From Balanoglossus misakiensis (lineage: Eukaryota > Animalia > Hemichordata), in the NCBI GenBank assembly GCA_040954595.2, contig CM082583.2:11632636-11696635 (forward strand): a stretch of DNA of 64,000 nucleotides, written 5' to 3'. Below the pieces are notes generated by a model. It was given only the letters and a program-made list of their open reading frames with translations. It had not been told where the DNA came from and did not search any database. Shown one piece after another: positions 14,679-28,100 of this stretch (its first letter is position 1; each line of letters starts with the position of its first letter). Position numbers and translations under genes: made by a program.

Positions 14679-15049
14679 GTCTTCTGTTCAACGCGTACCA
14701 GTGATATTGTGGATTTTTTTTATTATCATGTATTTTTTAAACTTACTGCTCAATTTTTTTAATGTGAAACAGAAATCAAAATAAAATTATGATCATTTAC
14801 ACATAAACTTGTCTTGTGGAGGGAAACGTTTGTTACAATTCCTCTTCAGCCTCGGCATAGCTAAGCCTTGTTAATTTAGTAGAAATAGTTTAAGATGTTT
14901 TGCTCAGAAATTGTATTTTTAAAGTTTTAAGGAAGTAACACAATCATGTTTACTATTTAGAGGCTGTGTCTTCAACATACAAAATTTTTCAGACATATAT
15001 AATTTTGTATGATGTAAAATTCAATTTTTAAACAAAAAATAAAACTCTT

Positions 15050-15710
15050 ACAGCAGTATCTATTTCACATTGTCTGTTTCACTGCATGCAAGTTGTTTTG
15101 TGTTGGGCCCGGCATTTGAAAGTTTTGCCAGTTGTTTGAGAAACCACATGGAGACAAATGAGATGAACTATTAAAAAATGACTGTACTATTGTAAAAATT
15201 ATGAGGGTGTGTATTTAAACCTGGTACTCATGAAACCTGGAATGTATTGCGCTTCCCCAGTCACTAACAAGGGACCAGCACGCATGGCAACATGGGTATG
15301 TGCTAACGCCACCAACGACCACAATCGAAACTTCTTATTTGCCAAGTCAAGCAAGTCTTGTATAATAAACACACATTAACATGATTAAAGCGGAATGGTC
15401 GTCTTACACGCATGTTCCAAACTGTAGCCTCTGGTTACAGACGTTGTGAACAGTCAATCCCATAATACAGTGCTCTGTCCTAGTTAGAGCCTTGCTAGGG
15501 GATTCTTACACTGTTTGGTATGAAGATAACTCCCTACAACGAAGACGGTACTACCGCGCTGCGTATGAGAAAAGGTCTTTCCAGGCAGTGTAGATCGCGC
15601 ACAGAACACCGGGCACCTTGTAAGCTGGGCCCGGAAGAGAGAAATAACATTTAGTTGCAGCCATCTTGAATCTTGCTCGCACTCATGCAAACAGGTGCAT
15701 TATGGGTAAA
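15050..15710 (-). ncRNA. Candidate non-coding (5'TOP-like) transcription unit with a possible intronic H/ACA RNA
   Basis: On the minus strand: ZNF143-like ACCCATAATGCA, AAGATGGC, CTCTCTTCCGG (TCT/ETS-like), GTAAG donors and several hairpins. An H-box-like AAATAA is followed by a stem closed by ATTGTG/CGCAAT and then ACA (~15243-15245). No convincing ORF. Confidence 0.3.
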
Positions 15711-16041
15711 AATATGGTTTATCAAACAAAGGATAAAAACTTGATGATCTACCCCCTTTAATACAAAATATTTCACTGAAATAAAAATAAAATTTCAGGA
15801 GAAAACAACTCTGTACTGGTAAAGTACTCTCCTTCAGATAACTTGTATGCCTTTTTACAGCATTTTGAAATCTTTTTTCACTGTAGTTAGACAGGAATCA
15901 GTGGCTTGGCAACAGCTGTAAAGGCTGAAAGAACTTCATCTTGGTAATAAATAAACCTTTCTTCTTTCCCTGGTCTAAAACCAATTGCCAACATACAGCA
16001 CAAACTTCAAGATGCTACGAAAATGTGGTTTGATTGGACTA

Positions 16042-16663
16042 CTAGTACTTCCTCTTCTGTGTGCTGATGTATAAAACTGAAGAAAGACAACAAATGTATA
16101 CTATTAGAAGCTGAAGCTGACAAGGAGACGAAAATTACAGCATTGTGGGTGTAGAAGTGTATCATTATGAATATGTACAATTTAAAGTAGTGTTTCCAGA
16201 GTGTTTAAATGCTTGTTCTGGGGCCCATAGCTGGACAATAAAAGGACACATTATAGCATAAGCTACTGATTCTTACCATTATTTCCTCTGATGAAGGCAT
16301 CTCCATATTTGTTTTTCAACTGTCCGTTGACGTATTCTTCTGTTTGTTCAAGTGCTATATTCATGTACCCATCCAGACATGCCAAAACCCCTGCCATAAA
16401 ATTGATAGGACAACATTAGTAAGCATTTTACAACATACCAAGAAGTTTTCCCGAGTATTTTGAAAGTTTGGAGAGTGGTGTAATGCCATAGACACTGTAT
16501 AGTGGTGACCATTATATTAATTGATATTCATTTAGTTATTTTGGGATTCCAGATGCTGAGTATTGTACCTACCTCTGTAATCTACACCAGAATTCAGTTT
16601 CACCACGACTGGACGACCAATAATTTGCTTCAGAAAATCACTTGGTGTCTGCTTTCGACTCAT
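16042..16663 (-). CDS. LSM6: U6 snRNA-associated Sm-like protein LSm6 (3 exons)
   Basis: Manual translation: MSRKQTPSDFLKQIIGRPVVVKLNSGVDYRG / VLACLDGYMNIALEQTEEYVNGQLKNKYGDAFIRGNN / VLYISTQKRKY*. GT-AG introns. Not present in the ORF track. Confidence 0.96.
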
Positions 16664-17157
16664 CCTTTGAATATGAATGACCTCCTGTGTTTAGGGTTTG
16701 TTCGTTCACGTGTACTAGTAACTTCTACCAGCAAAGCGCACCTACTGAGATTCGGCAATAAAATATAGCAAGGGTATATATTCGGTCGATTCAGTGTGCT
16801 TCACGTGACGTTTAAGATATACTACAGCCGTGTTGTTACATTTAGTCAACTGCACGTGGATGCACTTCCTGGATATCTACAACGAGCATGACGTCGACAC
16901 ACAGACGCGTGCGTGGAGCGCCCGCTACGAAGAAACTGTGCATAATTGCCATGACCCCTGCCTAGCGCCTCACGGTCCGCTCGAGATTCTCTGCATTTCG
17001 ATAATTTCTGACGTGCATTATGATTATCGAAATTGTGATGATTAATGGATAGGATATGGTTCTAGGAGGTCGTTTTGGGAAAAAAAACATTGAATGGATA
17101 AACTTGTAATATTTGCAAACGACATTTTGCAATTTAAAATGCCCACCATGATGGTGA

Positions 17158-17226
17158 CCAATGGGAATCACTACCTACTACCACGTGACCATATTTATCC
17201 AATCACATATTGGTGGGGAATTTGAA
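17158..17226 (+). promoter_or_regulatory. Cell-cycle-type promoter for CKS1: CCAAT boxes, E-box and CHR (TTTGAA)
   Basis: CCAAT at 17158 and 17199, CACGTG at 17182, TTTGAA at 17221, all in the LSM6/CKS1 divergent gap. Confidence 0.5.
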
Positions 17227-17351
17227 AAACTAGTCCCAGCTTGCATAGTCAACACTTCATACTCCTTGAACAAGAACTCGTCTGTTACAGCCGTTTCCCC
17301 TGACGGAACCGTATTGTTATTCCAAGATTTTCTTGAAGCTGTGTCTAAGCC

Positions 17352-18099
17352 ATGTCGCACAAGCAGATCTACTACTCAGACAAGTATTTTGACGACAAAT
17401 TTGAGTACAGGTAGGAAAATCACATTTCCGCTGTAGTGAATAGGTCCACCATGTTGTGTCAAGAAACTTTTGTCTGGTCTGGACGCGTCACGGAACTTCT
17501 TCGGTCAGCTGGACTTATATTTTCCATTCGCCAGATTCTAATACTGTTCTAATAGTAATAATAACGACCAAATCAGCACAAATTTGACGCCAGACAAAAT
17601 GAGATCTGTTGGATTTGGTGACCCATTCATGCTGGCTGAGACCTGTATGATGCATCTTGGGTGAAATGGCTTCATATTTGCTCACATATGGTGCCTAAAT
17701 TACTGTATCTTTTTTCCTTACAGACATGTAATGCTACCAAAAGAAATTGCAAAATTGGTTCCAAAAACTCATCTCATGTCAGAAAACGAGTGGCGGGGAA
17801 TTGGAGTGCAACAGAGTCAAGGATGGATACATTACATGGTACATGAACCAGGTACATATATATTCTTCACAATCAACTTTGACCCCCAATGAGTACCTTA
17901 GTGACCTGGCAACAAGATCTTCCTAGATATATTATTAATGACCATGTAACTAAAGCTTTACTTCTACATCACCCCTACATTCTTCAATTTGTTACATTTT
18001 TAAAAATGTTTTACTGTTTGTTTTGTTTCTCCAGAACCACACATCTTGCTGTTCAGAAGACCCACATCTCGACAGGAACAGGATACTATCATTCAGTGA
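17352..18099 (+). CDS. CKS1B: Cyclin-dependent kinases regulatory subunit (CKS1/2), 3 exons
   Basis: [20 protein letters not shown] / [42 protein letters not shown] / [21 protein letters not shown]. Confidence 0.96.
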
Positions 18100-19488
18100 C
18101 ACGTACAGCTCATCCCACTTAACAGCAAGCAACGTGCAATGATGTAATTTAACCTATGGACTCTATTGTTATCTTTGCAGGAGCCAAAAGTTTCATTCCC
18201 AGATTTTTTCTATGAGAACATGCCACAATGTTTTGAAAGTTGCATAGAAATGATGAGTCATATTTATATCTCAGGAACTCTGAAGGTTTTTGCATCAGTC
18301 TGTAACAAGTGTTTCATGCGTGCTTAAATATCAGCTAGTCTTTGTCAAAACTGTATAAGATATTCTAAGTTTTGCTTAATTTTGTACATTGGTCCAAATT
18401 TGTAAATATGTATTAATGTAGAAGCATAAGATGGAAAGCTGATAACAGCAATGTGATAGAACTTGTATTTGCACAAAGATGAAAATGGTGGAATAGTTCA
18501 TTTTTGTTGTCACTTTAAGTTAAATAGGTAGGAAAGTTGTAATAATCAAAATTTGCAATTACAGCAGTTGCAATGAGAACCATAATATCTGAAGAGAGGC
18601 TGTAATGTAAATTTACCGGTGCCCATCCCTCAAACTGGTTACAGAATCAAGTTTATCAATTCATTTTCCTATCTTCTTTTCTTCCAAGATGCAGTTTGAA
18701 AAACCAAATGGCGTAATCTGTTAGTTGTCAGTGATCACTTTAGTGGGCTTAATTAGTGAAATTAGTTGATTTAAACCAATACTGTAGTTGTACTAACTTC
18801 TTTTTTTTCTATTACATTACTGCCAATTGTTTGTTTTACTTACTGGAAAACATAGGGGAGGTGACGTCCCTTTCCATTAAGTACTGAGCAATGTTATATG
18901 TAGCGTTACTTTTGTGTTGTTGAACTTGGGGAAATAAAGGTTACAGTTTTGTAAAATGATCATGTGGTATATTGTATCTGGCCTGTAAAAGTGCCATCTC
19001 CTAGCAAACCTCTTTGCTGTTTGGAGTAACAAGAAATTGCATTTGGTACACAGACCAAAAATGCTGAAAATGAAACCAAAAGTTACAGCTAATTATGTCC
19101 ACACAAGGAATAACTAAGGTAAAGATACAGCAGCTGATTACCGTTTGTAAATCAGATTGGAAAAATATCAAAAAGTATCACTCCTGGCTCTCACACATAG
19201 CATTCTTATATATACAGGCCATGCCCTACCTACGTACAACTGAGTACGTTTTAAATAATCAATTTTATTGACTTTTAATAAATAGCACCTTAATTATAAT
19301 ATATCATGATAGAATAAATATATTTCATGAAGCATGAAAGTGACGATTGTAAATAAGCTCTTTGTGTTATGTCAAATTAAGGCAGTGTCTGAGAAATTGT
19401 ACAACGTGCAGTATATGTTTATTCACACAGGTGATATAGCACTTCATAAAAAAGATTAATTGGAGGAATGGTCTGTCATCACTTTTCC

Positions 19489-20860
19489 CTATTCGGCAAC
19501 TTCGATGATCAGCGGTGTTACGTATTCCGAGTGTCGAATTCCGAGTGAGTATGTAGGAACGTGGGGCTTGTTGACGGACACCTTCTCTGGGCTGTGTTGT
19601 CCGGGCCCTGGTTTCTGCGTCCTGTCGCCGGGCATGTAGCTGCGTCCGAGCATAGAGTACACCGGTGCCTTTCTGCTGTTGGTGTCAGGGTGCACCGCGT
19701 GGTAGCGACCTGGTCCGGGGGTTTTGGCCAGGTCTTCCAGGTAGCTTCCTGTTCTGGCCCGTCTTGTCAGAGAGTGGCTCGGGCAAGTCGTTTTGTTGGG
19801 TACTTTGGGTCCGATCAGCGGTGGCAAACTGTAGCTGTTCGGTGCCGGAGCGGCGTCCCGTTTTCTGTATCGGGTCCTGGAGCCCATGGAGTAAGTCGGT
19901 GCGTGACGTTCGCCTTGAGGGTGTGCTCTCTCTGGACAGTAAGCTCGTGGACACGGTGTTTTGAAAGTAACTGCAATACACATCAACAAATAAATGCACG
20001 TTACATTCCACAGTATAATATTGCAGATCCCAGACCATCAAACAACCCCTTTTTTCAAAAACTGGAACTTTGTCATTTGTTTATTGGAGGTTGCCATGTG
20101 CGACTGGCAATCTACATCTGATGTCAATTTCAAAACCGGCGTGAATGTACGTGTTACAACACCTGTGCGTGCTAAAAGTTGCCCATATGTGATACACGAA
20201 AAATCTTGTGTTGTATTGAAAAGAAAAGATCTACTAATACTTACGTGGGTCTTTCTGCCTTCCCAGAATAGAGTAGGCCGGTGTACCATCTCTGCCAGTT
20301 CTTGAGACTCGCGGGTTGATGTAATATCCCGGTCCTGGGCTGCAGTCTTTTCGGAACACTGAAATTTGAGGATATTTGTGGAGTTAGTCTTTGCCCTTGT
20401 TACCATAGTTATTTCATCCCGATAGTTTTATGTAAGGACTTCAAACGTTTTTCTTTCAGTTTTTTAAAAACTTACTTGTGTTCTCCAGGCGTTTGCCAAA
20501 TGAATAAGCAGGTTTCATGTGTTTAGTCGTGTCATGTTGTATGTACCCAACGGAAGACGGCAGAGCGTAGCGACCTGGCCCAGGACCTGTTGGAAAACAA
20601 ATAAAAACAGATAAATAAAAGTAGGAGGAAAGTGACAAAAATCTGCACGCATTTTTGTTCCCTTTCCAGTAACCGTGGTTTTTAGCCACAACACATAAAC
20701 GTTCCAATGAATGACATCAGCCAACGTTGAATTCAGAGAACTTTAGCGAGAAAGATTTTTACGCGGAAAACTCTCGAAGAAAGTAAAATACGGGCTTACC
20801 TCTCTCCCTGGCAGCGATTATAGGATCCTCTTCACTCATATCGCCTTTATTCTCGGCCAT
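19489..20860 (-). CDS. ODF3: Outer dense fiber protein 3 / CIMAP1 (SHIPPO PGP-repeat ciliary protein), 4 exons
   Basis: Starts MAENKGDMSEEDPIIAARER/GPGPGRY. Repeated PGPG.Y and P.YS.G motifs; C-terminus YSLGIRHSEYVTPLIIEVAE. Confidence 0.9.
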
Positions 20861-20995
20861 TTTCTCCGAGAGATAAAAAAACCGAAGTGCAAAAAGTGTA
20901 CCAAGTTTGGTCACCGGTAAAGAACACCTTGCGTGGAGCGCTCTAGACGCGATTGTTCGAAAGTTCGATTTTCTTCCTTTTTAAATGCGCATTCG

Positions 20996-21032
20996 GTCAC
21001 CATGGACGCTGTTTGTAAACACGCATAGCAAC
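20996..21032. promoter_or_regulatory. RFX X-box-like and forkhead-like motifs upstream of ODF3
   Basis: GTCACCATGGAC, TGTTTGTAAACA and CATAGCAAC are clustered about 140-170 bp upstream of the ATG. Confidence 0.4.
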
Positions 21033-22087
21033 TAATTAGCATATATTGACCACAGCCCCTCCACAATAATATACGTTCGATGATGCAGGAGGAGGAAAAT
21101 CGATCGCAGACAGAGAAACAGTCATTATTTCCACAGTAAAAGGTGACGATTTTATTACCAAAGATACTTGAAAGTACGATTATAGCATACTTATCATCAC
21201 AGCTGTACTACACTGTACTTGCTATTGCAACAATCACATGTGTTACTTCTAGTACTTGCACATACTGTTCTAAGATAGCATTCTGATTACATGATCCTCA
21301 AATTTCCATAAAAAGAATTATGAAATAAAATTCAATGTATATTTTGTCCGGTGTGACCATAATGAAGATTAGGTCTGAACTAGTTGTGCATTAAATATTT
21401 CTGAAATTTTATCTTTATGTAAATAAATGATGTGCATTAAAATATTTGTTTCTTAATAATCTATATGTTGTGAACCCCCTTACTTTTAATACGGTGTTCT
21501 GTTATTATTTTTGAAAGTGAAAGAACATAATTATACAATAATGAAGTGAATAGTTTGATGTTTGATGTCAAAACAGTTCTAATAAAACTGAACAAAATTA
21601 TTTTAAACTGTACAAAATAAACCGCTTGAACTAGTATTTACATTAATTATTTAAAAAATATATACAACCATGAATTATTAAATTGCGTAGACTAAAATTT
21701 GGCAGAAGCAATATAGTACTCTTGTACTTAAATGATTTCTAAGAATATTTCAAAACAAAAATGACCCTTAAAATAAAACTGCTATTTTTGTCATGATCTG
21801 AGCAAATCTGAATTTGAAAATCCTGAGTTCCTCTAAACCAAACCTCCAAAGATGTGCTACCAATCATCACATCACATTGCATTGTTACTATCAGAAATTT
21901 TGGTTTCCCTTTTTTTTTTTGCCTATAGATTGCACATAAGCTCTAAGGTGGGTATAAATATTGTGTATTATCAAACTGTCTTTATTTGGCCATAATATAT
22001 GCACTATTTGCATTCTCTGCCTACTTTATAATATGACCAGTTATTGAAATAGCTGGATGCTCTGATAAAAATGATTATTGTGACACA

Positions 22088-22700
22088 ATAAAGGGCTTTA
22101 TTACAACTCATGCTGTATTCCGTACTATTGATTGGTTGAGACCGTACCACGTGACATAGGAAAAAACGTGATATTACATGGTTGACAGAGTCTATGGCCT
22201 GTCGGTAGGGGCTACGGGCTGGGTATACACGTGCGCGGAGAGTATATTGCAGGCTGAGAACAGGTTTTAGGTTCTGCGCATCTTTTCTGCACATAACAAA
22301 CTGTCGTTCAATGGCTTCCTTCACGATCAGTCAACGCCCACATCTATGGCTTCAAAGCGACACACAGGATTAACACCTGTTCAACTGGACGATATTTTAC
22401 TGCAAACGGGCAGTAAATACACCAACATCGCAACCAACAGCGCGGTTTCTTAAAAATTATCTGCGTTCGAAGTAGGTATATACAGCGAGACATTTTCGTT
22501 CACTGCAGCGTACGACATAGACGCAAACCCTGAATGCGTTCTTCCATGCTGTATGTATGTTCAAATGTTCAGAGGAATAAAATTAATAACACATGATGCT
22601 CTGGCAACATCATGATTTGAAGCCTGCAAGAGGGATGGTGCTCTCTGACCATAATATTGATGATGCCTAAGCCGCAGCGCTATCATGTGTTATTATTTAA
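22088..22700. mobile_element. Probable non-autonomous DNA transposon-derived repeat
   Basis: The left end AATAAA..CATGCTGT..GATTGG..CACGTGA.ATAGGAA resembles the reverse complement of 57780-57841. There is an internal inverted repeat ATAACACATGAT (22587) / ATCATGTGTTAT (22682). Confidence 0.3.
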
Positions 22701-23043
22701 GAAAGATGTTGTGTAAACAAATTTCAGAGAGTTGCAGCTCATGGAACTAGTAACCAAACTTTTGACTTTTTCTTACTTTTTATGTGAAAAACTGTTGTAA
22801 GGAGCCCTTGTGTAATTTGCACTTGTGTGATGTGTCTTGAAATTATATACAATAAGTATGAACAATCTCTAGGATGTCTATGGTGTGTCAGAGAATGTTC
22901 ATACTGTAAGTTAAACTGTGATAAAGATGATACCTCTATTTGACCTAAAGCCTACACAATACTGGGCACAGTGTAAATAAACTGTACAAGTCATAATGAG
23001 TACTTCTGTTGTTGGCCTTCCCATCGTAACACAATTTGTGTTT

Positions 23044-24979
23044 TTAGCTTTCTCCGCCAACCAAACTGACAAGCAACTTCTTGTAATCACCAGATGTGTC
23101 TTCCTGCAATGTAAACACACAATACAATGTTAAATCTGGAAACCTGAAAGTTCTAACCGTGTGGCATAATGAGCATGACTCACAACCGATATCATGTAAG
23201 TTGTATCAAATATAAACAATGCCATATCATACGATAGAAAGAAGCAATGGACATATCTATGTACTTACTGCGATGAATTTGCCCAAGGTTTTGTTGTATG
23301 CACTCTGAAATTCTGATTTGATGTTGATCATGTCAATTTCACACCGAGAAACCACAATGCGGATCAATGGATCGTCCTTTGTACCAGCTCCCTGTAATGA
23401 TCAGAAAATCAGATTTGAGATTTTATTTATGCAACATAATCTGCATACTCTGCTAAATTGTTAAACTGCAGCACCATAAAGTGCATAGAGAAAACAGCTA
23501 CTTCAGTTGATCTAACTGTGACTTCTGAAACTCACCTTCATTGTCTTGTAAAGCTTGTCTGAAAAGTACTTGTGTTCATTTCGTACACATCTGACTGTTG
23601 ACCAAAACAAATGTATGTTAATTCAGATTTTACAATTCACAGAACAAACTGGAATGTTAGGTTTATACACAGAGTAACAAACCTACCTATTGTCAGCATA
23701 CTCTTCTGCAGATCTCCAGACATCTCTCTCTTGATGGACTGTTCTATGTCATGTTTACTGATCTTGCCATATTCTTCGAATGTGGCTCTCAGCTGTGGGT
23801 AACTCCTTGATGCCATAATCATGTTGAATGCAGACTCATCAGTACCCCATTTCTTCTCACCAGCGTTGTAAAGTGCCTAAAAACAATCAGAGTCAAATGT
23901 CTCATGATGAGTATAATGTCAATGCTTACAACATTTGTAAAACAAGGCATCTGACTAATTGACTGCAAGACTGTAAATTGTGATGAAATGTTCTATTCTA
24001 CCTCTGCATCCTCTTTCGCCTGCTGTGGATCAACTTCATCACCTTCTGGACGGTTGCCTTGGATACAGGAGACAAGTATTCTTCTGAAGTGACCAGATGT
24101 ATCAGAGATGACATCATCTTCTAGGGATTTCTTATACACTACAGGAAAGAAGATACATCAATTGATGTCGTGATTGTATTTTCATGTGAATAACTGACAG
24201 ATTAAAAAAAATTCCATATCAACAGAAAAGCAGGTGCTATAAAAATACAGTATACAGTATCTAAATATTGCTACTTACATCTCTCATACTCGTCTCTGAT
24301 GGCCAAAATTTCTGCATTAGTTCTGGTACACAGGATTTCTATTAATGCATCTTCATCTGTACCTAGCCCCTTAACTGCTTTATTGAGTTCTGATGCATCA
24401 AATTCAGGCGCCCGTTTCATCAATCCCATGAGACACGTACGGAAATTTCCACTGGTTTCCCCATGCAACTCTTTGATCAAATCCTGCAAGGTCATAGAAA
24501 ATTTGATTGAGGATTTCATAGTATGGTGATAATCGACAAGCAAGGCTTTTCAATACTTCTAGACTAGCAAGTTACATGCTTTTCAGGAGACAAAGTCTCC
24601 CCCTTTTGACATTAGAAAACCTAGATAGGTGACTAACCATCACAAAACAGATTTCTACTAACCTTTCCATACATTGTCTTGAATTCTCTGGCAATTCTCT
24701 GTCGTTGCTTATTGCTGCGTTTTGATAAAACTTCAATGATTGCTTTCTCATCAGTACCTAAGATACAGGATAAGATTTGTTTTCCATCAATGAGTACGAC
24801 AATAGACTAATGCACAGGCAGACAAAGCTCAAAAGAAAATGCAAACTAGCCACTGACTGTTATCTATACCCGTAAGAGTTTACAGATCTTCACTTACCAA
24901 AACCTTTCATTGCTTTTCTTAGAACTTCAGCATCTTTCTGTGCATTGAAGTTCGGTGCTTCAACAACGGTTCCATTTCG
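23044..24979 (-). CDS. Annexin core (four repeats, ANXA7/11/13-like); no own start codon, appears to be the 3' half of the DZANK1-like gene
   Basis: AEVLRKAMKGFG/TDEKAIIEVL, KGLGTDEDALIEILCTRTN, EKKWGTDESAFNMIMASRS, GAGTKDDPLIRIVVSRCEIDM, EDTSGDYKKLLVSLVGGES*. Confidence 0.93.
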
Positions 24980-25128
24980 CTGTATTTCAAGAAAGAAGAA
25001 CAATGAAAATACATGTACATGATATGTCATCACACATTTCTGTAGTCCTGAATATATATGGTCATTATTGCTAAGTTTTTCCTGGCTAATGAAAATCAAT
25101 AAGAACCGTCAAACCAAGAAATCCCTAC

Positions 25129-28100
25129 CTTGGCTCGTCTTTCCTTATAAGTCTGTCTTCTAGCACTTCCTGTAGAGTCTTTGGACATTCTTCTGCCTTT
25201 GGTGCCACCAGTCAACTTAGACACCGCTTGTTGTCCCATATCAGCCGCAAAGATAGCTGCAATGGATTCATAACCTTTCTTCATGGCGAGATCATATGGT
25301 GTTTCTCCTCGGTTGTTTTTGCGTTTGGTGTTGGCGTTGCATTCCAAGAGGGCTTCGATAACCTCCTGGCCATCTGGTCCCAATAATACACCTTCATGCA
25401 ATGCTGAGTTACCACCTCTGCAATCGAACACGAAATGTTGCAAGGTGTTGTAGATGAAGATACACTTAACATTGGGGGAAATAGTTATGGGATAAAAGAT
25501 TGGGCTTGTTAACAACATAGCTCTGAAATGAAACTTTGATTCTGCGAGTGCCAGCCCTTTGATTCTGTGACAGGTAGCATTTGAATTCTGCAAGTGGTAG
25601 CACTAGTCCATTCTGTGAGCAAAATCAAAGTGTTGTACTCACCTGCCAGTAGCCTTAGCATTGACATCAGCTCCAGCATCAACTAACGTCTGAATGCAGT
25701 CAACATGGTTATTCATCACGGCTACTGTCAACACTGGTATGTCTTCAGCGCTCACACAGTTAGCATTTGCACCCTACAAATATAAGGCGTGGTATTGAGA
25801 ACAGACAATTATTAAGCAGGACCCTTACAAAGCTTGTGTGAAATTGTAATTTTGAACACAATTGCATATCAAATATTTACCTCATCTAGCAAATCTTGAA
25901 CATCATCTGGATCACCACTCCCCTTTGGACCAACTTCTTTGAGTAACCTGAAATCATTCCCCTGATAAAGAAATTAAGTATGTCAATTATCTGATGTAAT
26001 ACTCATGCATATATGTCAAGTAAAACACAGTATACCATACACATGGTGAAAGACAAGGACAGAAGGAATGACCTGACTATCCTACTTACACTCAGTTTGC
26101 CGTGTTTCTTAGCTGCCGGTTTGCTTGGCCTCTGCCGCCTTGATGGAACTGTTAGAATTAATCATATTGACATTATTAGCCAACAACAGCGCCCGACACT
26201 ACAGTTTCTTTTAATCAGATTGGATTTATACAAACATCACTGGACTGGATGTTCTCATTCAAAACAATTAATTTAACATCAATTGTGTGAACACAAAGGA
26301 ATGACTGTTGTAATACTTACCATCATTTGTGTATGCTGGTGCACTTTTCAGAGAACCTATTCATAGAGGAAAATAGAGAAAAGATTTGGATGAAAACATC
26401 AAAAAATAACTTTACTTCTGTAAAATATCTGTCATTCTGTGAAAAACTATGATTTTATTTCTGTAAAAGCCAAGGACATCAACTTACGAGTGCCAGGTGC
26501 TTCTTTCAGTTGAAATGTTATTGATATTGTAACTTCGCCATCATCTTCTTCATCATCAACAGAAGCTGCTGCTATCTAAAACACACAAAAAGATGTGACA
26601 ATTTTATTGTACCTCATTGTGTAATGTTTCTCCTGGTGACTTGTGTATTGTTTTACACACAGGTCTGATATAATGGAACTCTCTCCCCTGAAAATACAAA
26701 TTTATTTTTGCACAAACCTTTCCCATCTTTGGCTGACCAAGTTTCGTTTTGAAGTCAGAGTCTTTGTACGCATAGGCTTCTAAATGGGCAGCAATATGTT
26801 GTATCTGCTTTTTCCAATAACCTTTACCCGGACTTGTGTCTGTTAGCTTCGGCCTTTGATCATCAACAGCTTCTCTTAACATCTTGATTTCCTCTTCTTG
26901 TTCCTGAATTTTTCTTGTTTGGTCCTGAGTTGGATAGTACATGCCAGCCGTCTGTGTTCCTGCTGAATTGTTCATCAATGCAGGAACACCCATTGGGTTA
27001 GCCTGCCAGGCTTGTGGTGTATTGAATGACTGCAATATTAGAAGAGCTTTGGTTAGTCCCAGAGACATACTGACTAAAAAGTACTCTTGCTGTCCCTTGA
27101 AATACAAATTTTTAAACATAAACTTCAAGAATAGTACAACATACACAAGTTCATGCATTAAGGAAAGTTGGTAATGATTTACTTACTGCTCTTGGAGTTT
27201 CATGCAAGTGATAGCTGCAAGAAAGAAACAATTGAAACATCCAGTTAGAAACAGTTATGGAGATGCATATTGTAAACCAAAGGCACTCCATGAATATAGA
27301 CAATGTCCCAGCGTAAATTAGACTATTTGCCATAGTATAAGCCATCCATTGACAATTCACGATTGAAAGTTTGCAAAATATCTAAACACAAAAGCAGGTT
27401 GCACATGAGGCTTTGCAAACCACATTAGCCACATTGAATCCTTTACATACACGGTCACTCCACAGTGTTTACATGCAGGAGATCTTTATACACTTACTGG
27501 AAGAAGTACTCAGGGTTTGTCTGGCCTCTGTATCTGTCTTGAAACATTCTCTCTACTGGAGCATTCACAGATGCTAGTGGACCGCCATTGCCATAGCCCA
27601 TTGTCTAAGATGAAGAAATGGGTAATAATTATACATTTTAAATGTTTTCTCAGCTGCTGTTGAAAGTTAGGTATTGAGGCAGTAAATAGAACCATCTTTG
27701 CCTTACAAAGACAAAGGAATCTATATATGGTCACTGCTTCATTTGAATGAACAGATTCATACCTGAACTTGAAGACTCCTGCTGGCAAGTGGATTGGCAA
27801 AGCTATCATCATAACTTCTGTAGCCTGGGTTTATACTTTGAGACATTAATGCCACATCTCTTGAACTACTTGGTCTGAAGTACTGTCAAATGAGAAAACC
27901 AGAACGTGAACTGAAGACATTCATAGGGTTGGACATAGACACATGTATACATAGCAACAAAAATTGGCTACTGTAAACAAATATATCCCATTATTATTGA
28001 AAACCCTGGTTGTGTTCTCATTCAAATAAATTGATAATTAACTCACTGATGGTTGTCGCCTAGTGTCCATTTGAAAGCTCCGATCATCATCTTCTAGAGG

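Noticed and set aside
15240-15650. Telomerase RNA or U17/snR30 identity for the structured region
   Set aside because: No CUAACCCU template and no m1/m2 motifs (AUAUUCCUA, AAACCAU).
19561-20121. Several long overlapping ORFs over ODF3
   Set aside because: Antisense or alternate-frame shadows of a GC-rich exon.
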